From assembly GCF_005696695.1 (NCBI RefSeq), contig NZ_CP040006.1, positions 870,001 to 902,000 on the forward strand: a DNA stretch of 32,000 bases. The letters run 5' to 3'. Under the pieces are notes generated by a model. It had not been told where the DNA came from and did no database searches. It saw only the letters and a program-made list of their open reading frames with translations. The translations under genes and the position numbers were made by a program. Origin of the DNA: Schaalia odontolytica (GTDB lineage: Bacteria > Actinomycetota > Actinomycetes > Actinomycetales > Actinomycetaceae). Within the stretch, counting starts at the first letter, position 1. The number at the start of each line of letters is the position of its first letter. Of this stretch, positions 21,449 through 28,698 are shown piece after piece.

Positions 21449-21488
21449 TTTCAGGTAGCTTTCAGGGTTGTGGACTGTAATCTATACA
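21449..21488 (+). promoter_or_regulatory. Candidate activator-dependent promoter for the lipoprotein/ABC operon
   Basis: Direct repeats TTTCAGG lie at 21449-21455 and 21460-21466, 11 bp apart. The second overlaps a -35 position. TATACA at 21483-21488 follows after a 16-nt spacer. The ATG is 45 nt further on. Confidence 0.3.
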
Positions 21489-21533
21489 GGCAGTGAGAAC
21501 CATTGCCGATAAGCAGTCCTCAAGGAGTTTTCG

Positions 21534-22010
21534 ATGAAGAATCGCGCACAGACGCGCGCCCTTGCCGTCATCGCCATCACCCTGGCGGCGGCCCTCAGCG
21601 CATGCGGATCGACCGGATCGTCCAGCTCGTCCGCGTCCAGCACCAAGAGCCCGAGCGCGGCGTCCACCAACGCGGCCAGCAACGACCCCAACCTGGTGTT
21701 CGCTCAGTGCATGCGCGAGAAGGGCTTCGACGTGCCCGACACGGGCCTGACGCCCGACAACCTGAAGGACACTTCCGACGCTTTCAACAACGCGCTCAAC
21801 GAGTGCATGATGAAGGTCTCCGGCATGACCGGCGAAGACAACGTCGCGAACGACCCCGCCGCGCGTGAGGCCATGGTCAAGGCGGCGCAGTGCCTGCGTG
21901 AGGCCGGCTACGACGTGAAGGACCCGCAGGCCGGCGAAGGCATCAGCGTCAAGGACATCCCCGAGGACGTGCTCAACAAGTGCTTCCAGCAGTCAGGGGC
22001 CGCCAAGTGA
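21534..22010 (+). CDS. Secreted lipoprotein with an internally duplicated Cys motif (unknown function)
   Basis: RBS AAGGAG lies upstream. The lipobox is AALSAC, followed by a Ser-rich linker. Two repeats follow: FAQCMREKGFDVPD...LNECMMK and AAQCLREAGYDVKD...LNKCFQQ. Confidence 0.8.
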   Translation: MKNRAQTRALAVIAITLAAALSACGSTGSSSSSASSTKSPSAASTNAASNDPNLVFAQCMREKGFDVPDTGLTPDNLKDTSDAFNNALNECMMKVSGMTGEDNVANDPAAREAMVKAAQCLREAGYDVKDPQAGEGISVKDIPEDVLNKCFQQSGAAK

Positions 22011-23079
22011 AGCGTCCGCGAACCCCACGCCCCGCGGCTGCGCTTGCGATCCTCGCGATTGGCGCACTGACCCTATCCGCCTGCTCGGGTACCAACGCAG
22101 ACGCCGAAGCCCCCCAGTCCTTTGACGGCGCGACGGCGACCGTCACGAAGGGGGACCTGGTGGGGGAGACCACCGTCCAGGGAACCCTCCACTACGCCGA
22201 CTCCTACACTCTTAAGAGCGCCTTCGAAGGTGTCGTCACCGCCCTGCCCACGCCCGGCACGTCCCTGACCCAGGGATCGCACGTGTACACGGTCGCCGGC
22301 AACAACACATATCTGCTCCACGGCTCTACCCCCGCCTGGCGCGCGTTCGAGGAGGGCATGAGCGACGGCGAGGACGTCACCCAGCTGGAGACTGCGCTGT
22401 CCGAGCTCGGCTATTTCGAGGCCACCCCCAACGCGCACTTCGATTGGAATACGATCGCTGCGATCAAGAAGTGGCAGAAGGCTCTCAGCCTGCCCCAGAG
22501 CGGCTCGCTGCCGCTGGGCACCGTCCTCTTCGCTCCCGAAGACCTGCGCATCGGCGCGCTGAAGGCCCGCGTCGGCGACAACGCGACGATGGAGACGGAA
22601 CTGTTCACGGCCTCGTCCTCGCGTCAGATCATCTCCGCGAACCTGAAGCTCTCCGACCAGGCCCTCGGCGTCGTCGGAAACTCCGTGACCGTGCGCCTGC
22701 CCGGCTCCGCCACGACCACGACCGGAACCATTACCTCGGTCGAGCCGCCGCGAGAGAAGGACAGCGAGGAGGGATCCAAGGAGACGACCAAGGAACGCAT
22801 CATTCCGATCACCGTCACCCCCGATGACACCTCCGCCCTCGAAGGGCTCCAGGAGGCCTCGGTCTCCCTGGGCCTGACCTCGCAGACCCGCACCGGCGTG
22901 CTGTCCGTGCCCCTCGGCGCGCTCGTGGCCCTGAGCACCGACCAATTCGGCGTCGAGGTCGTGGATGAGAAGGGCGAGATTCGCCGGGTTCCCGTCACCG
23001 TCGGCCTGTTCGCGGGAGACCGCGTCGAAGTGAGCGGCGACGAGATCGCCGAAGGCCAGCGCGTGGTGGTGCCCAACCG

Positions 23080-23083
<4 letters not shown>
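22007..23083 (+). CDS. Lipoprotein membrane-fusion/adaptor-like protein carrying a peptidoglycan-binding domain
   Basis: The GTGA start/stop overlaps the upstream gene; an alternative GTG lies at 21980. The lipobox is LTLSAC. A PG_binding_1-like segment reads [44 protein letters not shown]. The flanking beta-rich regions resemble HlyD/MacA-type adaptors. Confidence 0.75.
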
Positions 23084-23767
<684 letters not shown>

Positions 23768-23778
<11 letters not shown>

Positions 23779-24976
23779 GAAGAACTCGGGAGCCGGCCGC
23801 TCCGCGCTGCGCCTCTCAGACGTCGCACGCCTGGGCCTGACGGGCCTGCGCGCCCGCCCCATGCGAGCCGTCCTCTCGGCCCTGGGCATCGCGATCGGTA
23901 TCGCGGCTATGGTCGGCGTCGTCGGCGTCTCGGCGTCCTCGCAGGCCCGCCTGCAAGAACAGCTGCGGGCGCTGGGCACCAACATGCTGACCGCGCGCAG
24001 CGGCGCGGACCTGTCGGGAACGGACCTGATCCTGCCCGAGGACTCCGTGGGTCGCACCCTCATGATCCCGGGCGTGACCGACGCGGCCTCGACGTCGACG
24101 CTGAGCGGCGTCTCCGTGTACCGCTCGCGACTGTCCGACCCGAACGCAACCGGCGGCATCATCACGATGGCGGCCGACACGAACCTCCTGAAGGTCGTGT
24201 CCGGGACCATGAAGAAGGGCGCGTGGCTCAACGATGCTACCGCGAAGTACCCGGGCGTCGTCCTGGGCTCGAAGGCCGCGCAGCTGCTCGGCGTCGTCGA
24301 GCCGGGCACCCAGGTGTGGCTGGGCGGCATGTCGTTCACCGTCCTGGGCATCATGGATCCGGCTCCCTTGGCCGAGGAACTCGATAACGCAGCCCTCATC
24401 GGTGTGTCCGCCGCGGGCACGTATTTCGACGCGGGCAAGACGCCCACGACGATCTACGAGCGTTCCTCCGAGGACCAGGTGGAGACCGTGCGCGAGCTCC
24501 TCGGACCCACGCTCGCCCCGCAGGGGGCCACCGGCCTGAAGGTCTCGCGCCCCTCCGACGCGCTGGCCGCCCAGAACGCGGCTGACCAGACGCTCACGAC
24601 GCTGCTCGCCGGCGTCGGTTCGATCGCCCTGCTGGTTGGTGGCATCGGCGTGGCCAACACGATGATCATCTCCGTCCTGGAACGCCGCAAGGAGATCGGC
24701 CTGCGCCGGTCTCTGGGCGCCAAGCGCGGACACATCACGGTGCAGTTCCTGGCCGAAGCCCTGCTACTGTCCTTCCTCGGAGGACTCGCCGGATGCCTGA
24801 TCGGCGCCGGCGTGACCTGGGGCATGTGCTACGCGTACGGCTGGCCGCCCACCCTGCACTGGTGGGTGATCGCCGCAGGCCTCGGCGCTACCCTCCTCAT
24901 CGGTGCCGTCGCCGGTCTCTACCCCGCGATCCGAGCGGCCCGCACGCCGCCCACAGCGGCGCTCGCCTCGCAGTAG
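23768..24976 (+). CDS. ABC transporter permease, FtsX/MacB fold
   Basis: ATG 23768 is preceded by GGGAGG and overlaps the ATPase gene by 11 nt. TM1 is followed by an extracytoplasmic domain of about 220 aa. The C-terminal FtsX domain reads [31 protein letters not shown]. Confidence 0.88.
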
Positions 24977-24993
24977 GAAGCCCATACACAAAA

Positions 24994-25050
24994 GCCGTGG
25001 CCGGCTCGCCAACCCCGACACCGAGCGGGGGAGTGCGAGCCGGCCACGGC
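24994..25050. terminator. Bidirectional terminator structure between the convergent ABC permease and fadD genes
   Basis: A 16-bp perfect stem, gccgtggccggctcgc / gcgagccggccacggc, encloses a 25-nt loop that can form an inner ccccg/cgggg hairpin. Confidence 0.55.
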
Positions 25051-25066
25051 CTCGTTCGCGGGCGCG

Positions 25067-26950
25067 TCAGTCCTGCACGGGGCCGCCGTAGATCTCGTCG
25101 ATGATGGGCGCGAGGCGGCGCGTGGCCTCCAGGCGCTTGACCTTCAGCGAGGGTGTGAGCAGGCCGTTCGCCTCCGTGAAGTCGGTGGTGAGGACCTTGA
25201 TCTTGCGGATCGACTCGGCGCGTGAGACGTGCTCGTTCGCGGAGGCCACCGCCTTCTCTAGGGAGGCCAGGACCTCGACGTTCGTGGCCGCCTCGGCGAC
25301 GCTCATCGGGGGCAGTGAGTGCGCGGCGAGCCAATCGGGCAGCATCTCCGCGTCCAGCGTGATGAGCGCGGCGACAAAGGGCCTCTGGTCGCCGACGACC
25401 AGGACCTGGGAGATGAGCGGGTGGGAACGCATCGGGTTTTCGAGGCTGGCCGGGGCGACGTTCTTTCCGCCCGCCGTCACGATGATCTCCTTCGCACGGC
25501 CCGTGATGGACACGTAGCCGTCGCGGTCCAGGGACCCCAGGTCGCCCGTGTGGAACCAGCCGTCTTCGGTGAAGCAGGCGGCTGTGGCCTCGGGATCGTT
25601 GTGGTAGCGCTGGAAGACGCTCGAGCCCTTGAGGAGAATCTCGCCCTCGTCGCTGATCTTGAAGGACATGGGCGGCAGGGCCGGTCCCACGGTGCCGATC
25701 TTGGACAGGCGGGGCGTGTTCACCGAGACCGGGCCGACTGTCTCGGTGAGGCCGTAGCCCTCCAGGACGGGGATGCCGACGCCGCGATAGAAGTGCGCGA
25801 GCCAGGTCGCCAGGGGCGCACCGCCCGACACGATGTAGTCCGCGTTGCCGCCCACTAGGCGGATGATCTGCTGGTAGACGAGCTTGTCCGCCAGGGCATG
25901 CTGGGCCTTGAGCGACGCGGTCGGGCCCTCTTCGGTGTCGAGGGCTTGGGAGTAGGCGATCGCGACCTTGGCTGCCCAGCGGAAGATCTTGCGCTTGGGG
26001 CCGGACGCCTTCGTGTCCGCCGAGTTGTAGATCTTCTCCAGGACGCGCGGGACCACCAGGAGGTAGCTCGGCTTGAACGATGCCAGGTCGCCCAGCAGGT
26101 TCTTGATGTTGGAGGCGTGGCCGAGGACGCCGTTGCCGCTGATTTGGAAGACCTGCAGGAAGCGCGCGAACACGTGGGCCAGGGGCAGGAAGAGGAGCAG
26201 GCGCGAGTCCTTGCCCGCGGCGATCTCCGGCATCCACGCGTGGGCGTTGAGGCACAGGTTCGTGAAGTTCTCGTGGGACAGGACCGTGCCCTTGGGCGTG
26301 CCCGTCGTGCCCGATGTGTAGACGATGGTTGCGATGTCGTCCTTCGTGAGGGCGTCGGAGCGGGCGAGGACGCGCTCGCGCGGGGTGGCCGCGCCGTCGG
26401 CGATGAGGGTTTCGATGGCCTCGGAGTCCAGGGAGAGGACGTGCGTGTTGGCACGCTTTTCTCTCTCGGCTGCCGCGCGCACGATCTCCGCCATGGAGAC
26501 GGTCTCGGTGATGATGAGGTTGACGTCCGCGTCGACGAGGACGTGGGCGACCTGGTCGATGGAGCTGGTCTCGTAGATGGGCACGGGGACGAGGCCGGCC
26601 GCCCAGCACGCGAAGTCGAGGAGGGTCCACTCGTAGCGGGTGCGGCTCATGATCGCGACGCGGTCGCCGGGTTCGAGGCCCCGCGCGATGAGGCCGGCGG
26701 CGACGGCGTGGACCTCGTCGTAGAACTCGCGCGCCGTGATGGAGCGCCACGTGTCGCCGATGCCGATCTTGCGCAGGATCAGTGGCCGGGTCGCGCCGCG
26801 CTGTACGCGCTCTTTGAGCAGGTGGGGGATCGTCGTGTGCTCATCGATGCGTACCAGGACGGGAGCGTGCCACTCGAGGGCCTCGGTGGTCGTCTGCGCC
26901 TGCGTCGTCTCATCGTCGTTGGACGAGGCCGGGGTTTCTTCGGCGGTCAT
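25067..26950 (-). CDS. fadD: Long-chain fatty-acid--CoA ligase (AMP-dependent synthetase, FadD15-like)
   Basis: The AMP-binding motif is YTSGTTGTPKG. Motifs GYGLTET and TGDLGSLDRDGYVSITGRAKE are also present. GGGAG lies 5 nt before the ATG. Confidence 0.9.
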   Translation of the reverse strand: MTAEETPASSNDDETTQAQTTTEALEWHAPVLVRIDEHTTIPHLLKERVQRGATRPLILRKIGIGDTWRSITAREFYDEVHAVAAGLIARGLEPGDRVAIMSRTRYEWTLLDFACWAAGLVPVPIYETSSIDQVAHVLVDADVNLIITETVSMAEIVRAAAEREKRANTHVLSLDSEAIETLIADGAATPRERVLARSDALTKDDIATIVYTSGTTGTPKGTVLSHENFTNLCLNAHAWMPEIAAGKDSRLLLFLPLAHVFARFLQVFQISGNGVLGHASNIKNLLGDLASFKPSYLLVVPRVLEKIYNSADTKASGPKRKIFRWAAKVAIAYSQALDTEEGPTASLKAQHALADKLVYQQIIRLVGGNADYIVSGGAPLATWLAHFYRGVGIPVLEGYGLTETVGPVSVNTPRLSKIGTVGPALPPMSFKISDEGEILLKGSSVFQRYHNDPEATAACFTEDGWFHTGDLGSLDRDGYVSITGRAKEIIVTAGGKNVAPASLENPMRSHPLISQVLVVGDQRPFVAALITLDAEMLPDWLAAHSLPPMSVAEAATNVEVLASLEKAVASANEHVSRAESIRKIKVLTTDFTEANGLLTPSLKVKRLEATRRLAPIIDEIYGGPVQD

Positions 26951-27076
26951 GTCTGCTCCCTGGTCGCTGGGCGGGAGCGCCGCGGGACGGGCCCAGCGGC
27001 GCAGCTGTTGCTTCCCCTATCCTACGCGCCCGTAGGGTGGGGGAGTAAAACTCTCAAACTGAGGATGCTGTTTGTG

Positions 27077-27442
27077 CTACCTGACTTCGCCGTCAAGGGG
27101 CTCAAGGAACTGATAGACAGATTCGGGAAGGGTAACTCGCCCTTGCCTCGCAGATTGCACGGCGAGTACCAGCACCTGATCCTCCATCACGGCGAAAACG
27201 ATGCGAAGCCGCTGGCGAAAACCTATAGCCCGGATTGACGGGTGAAGATCGGGACGTGCTTCACCGCGATGAGGGAACTCAGCGAGACGGGACAGAAAAT
27301 CGCGTAGGGCAGTGAGGTAAGCATCAGTTGTCTGTTCTGAGCCGGTGAGGGTCAGGAGCTCGCCGCGAAAGTTGACGAGGTCATGGTATGCAGTATCGCC
27401 AATCGTAAGGCGTCGTTGGGGTGCCACTATTTCAGTCCCCAT
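27077..27442 (-). CDS. Type II toxin, ParE/RelE superfamily
   Basis: The ParE-like layout reads AYHDLVNFRGELL...YLTALRDFLSRLAEFPHRGEARPDL...RLRIVFAVMEDQVLVLAVQSARQ. The start is ATG 27442, a 16-nt overlap with the antitoxin. Alternatively it is GTG 27427, sharing 1 nt with the antitoxin TAG (TAGTG). Confidence 0.8.
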   Translation of the reverse strand: MGTEIVAPQRRLTIGDTAYHDLVNFRGELLTLTGSEQTTDAYLTALRDFLSRLAEFPHRGEARPDLHPSIRAIGFRQRLRIVFAVMEDQVLVLAVQSARQGRVTLPESVYQFLEPLDGEVR

Positions 27443-27723
27443 GCAGCCGTCAGCTCATCGAGAGTGTGTGCAGTTTCCGGGTGCTCAAGGTAGTGTTCGA
27501 GGGCGGGTAGAGCATTCTCACGGAGCCACGTCTCGTATTCCTCGCGCTCGCGGGCTTCCCGCCGCGCTTCGAGGGCAGCGATAGCCTCTTCGTAGAAAGC
27601 GGGGGAGACCAAGACCGCGCGGGTCTGTGCGCCGCGCGAACGGAGCTCGACGGGTTCGACTTGTGCGGCGGCGATGTACTGAGCCTGGTTCTGGCGGAAA
27701 TCAGAGAGTGTTGCGGTTGACAT
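27427..27723 (-). CDS. Type II antitoxin, Phd/YefM family
   Basis: The N-terminus MSTATLSDFRQNQAQYIAAAQVEPVELRSRGAQTRAVLVSPAFYE matches the Phd/YefM fold pattern (compare YefM SEARQNLS...). It lies immediately upstream of, and overlaps, the toxin gene. Confidence 0.82.
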   Translation of the reverse strand: MSTATLSDFRQNQAQYIAAAQVEPVELRSRGAQTRAVLVSPAFYEEAIAALEARREAREREEYETWLRENALPALEHYLEHPETAHTLDELTAAWGLK

Positions 27724-27737
27724 GTACTAATTGTACA
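27723..27737. promoter_or_regulatory. Palindromic operator with embedded -10 for the TA operon; probably a leaderless antitoxin mRNA
   Basis: Palindrome TGTAC-TAATT-GTACA spans the antitoxin start codon. On the minus strand, TACAAT (27735-27730) lies 6 nt before the ATG. No SD sequence is present. Confidence 0.45.
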
Positions 27738-27871
27738 AGTTGCGAGGAGCTTGCGTGTCGTTTCGTGGTGGCGCGAGTCGTTATAGTTGGGGTTTACCTC
27801 GGGGTTTCCGATATGACAAGATGTGCCTTGTGTCACTAATTACTCAATTACCGTGAAGGGTTAATGTCATC

Positions 27872-28372
27872 ATGTCGCAGCGGAAGATCGTGGATGAGGA
27901 TGAGGCTCACCGACTGCTGGTGGATGAGGGGTGGACCTACCAGCAGATGATCGACCTGTACCGGGAGAAGTACGGGGTGGAGACGTCCACGTCTGTGTGG
28001 AGCCGCTTTTTGAGGAGTGCGGGCCGGGCGCGTATTGTCCGGTCTTTCCCGCTTGCTGCTCCCTGGCTTGTCCGGGCCAAGAATCCCCGCAACGGGCATT
28101 ATCGTACGGGCCTGCGGGCGCTGGCGGCTATTGAGCATGGCGAGGACGTGGTGGGAGAGAATCGTCGGATTGCTGTTCGTCTGCGTCGTGCACTTGGCGC
28201 GGATATGGTTGTTGAATATGACTGGGATGAGAATGGTTATGTGCTTGTTCCTCGCCGCCAGGGCGTGGATAAGTGGTGGATTCGTGACCCGTTCCTAGAT
28301 GATGAGGGCAACCCCGTTGCGGACTTGTCTCGCGTGACGGTGGCGGCGACTGAGGCGCATTTCGGCATGTGA
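27872..28372 (+). CDS. Hypothetical protein with a probable N-terminal HTH; likely of mobile-element origin
   Basis: The 166-aa ORF has atypical codon usage, with many GAT, GTT, CGT, ATT and TAT codons against the host C/G third-position preference. The HTH-like N-terminus reads EAHRLLVDEGWTYQQMIDLYREKYGVETSTSVWSRF. The rest, APWLVRAKNPRNGHY...VVEYDWDENGYVLVPRRQGVDKWWIRDP, resembles actinophage/AICE proteins of unknown function as I recall them. Confidence 0.65.
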   Translation: MSQRKIVDEDEAHRLLVDEGWTYQQMIDLYREKYGVETSTSVWSRFLRSAGRARIVRSFPLAAPWLVRAKNPRNGHYRTGLRALAAIEHGEDVVGENRRIAVRLRRALGADMVVEYDWDENGYVLVPRRQGVDKWWIRDPFLDDEGNPVADLSRVTVAATEAHFGM

Positions 28373-28396
28373 GAGCTGGTTTAATTCTCTCGCCTT

Positions 28397-28438
28397 GGGG
28401 GCTGTGACTTAGGTTGCGGCCCCCCTGTTTTGTGTGTT
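28397..28438 (+). terminator. Possible terminator after the orphan gene
   Basis: A 6-bp stem, gggggc / gccccc, has a long loop and is followed by CTGTTTTGTGTGTT. Confidence 0.35.
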
Positions 28439-28515
28439 CGAGTTGCGCTCGGCGCTTGCTTTGCGGCTATTTGATGGCCTGAGTTGAACGCGATCACAAC
28501 ACAGTTTCTACTGAA

Positions 28516-28549
28516 CGAGAAAACGAGAAAGCGTGCATGACCGAGAAAC
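28516..28549 (+). repeat. CGAGAAA short direct repeats in non-coding DNA
   Basis: cgagaaaa and cgagaaag are in tandem at 28516-28531. A third copy, cgagaaac, lies at 28542-28549. Confidence 0.5.
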
Positions 28550-28586
28550 GGATCGTTTGCAGCCTGTCGTATTCCAGCGCGGCATA

Positions 28587-28601
28587 GGACAATGATTGTC
28601 C
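28587..28601. promoter_or_regulatory. Perfect 7-1-7 palindrome GGACAAT-G-ATTGTCC; candidate protein-binding site
   Basis: Read directly from the sequence. It sits in AT-richer intergenic DNA, 51 nt before the valS terminator hairpin. Confidence 0.3.
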
Positions 28602-28651
28602 TGAGCATTGGTGACTGAGGTACGTGACCTTGATGAGGTTGGAATCGCAAA

Positions 28652-28683
28652 GGGGCCGCCCGTGGATTCCCACGGGCGGCCCC
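28652..28683 (-). terminator. Terminator hairpin downstream of valS
   Basis: A 14-bp perfect stem, ggggccgcccgtgg / ccacgggcggcccc, has loop attc. On the minus strand it is followed by TTTGCGATT. Confidence 0.65.
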
Positions 28684-28698
28684 CCAGCATCCTAACGA

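Noticed and set aside
24897-26750. 617-aa ORF on the same strand as fadD in another frame
   Set aside because: The translation is extreme Arg/Pro/Gly/His low complexity. The 25067-26950 frame carries the AMP-binding signature YTSGTTGTPKG and is the real gene.
28381-28690. Minus-strand ORFs of 89 aa and 60 aa in the islet's non-coding tail
   Set aside because: Neither has an RBS. The 60-aa ORF would start inside the valS terminator hairpin. Their composition and codon usage are not protein-like.
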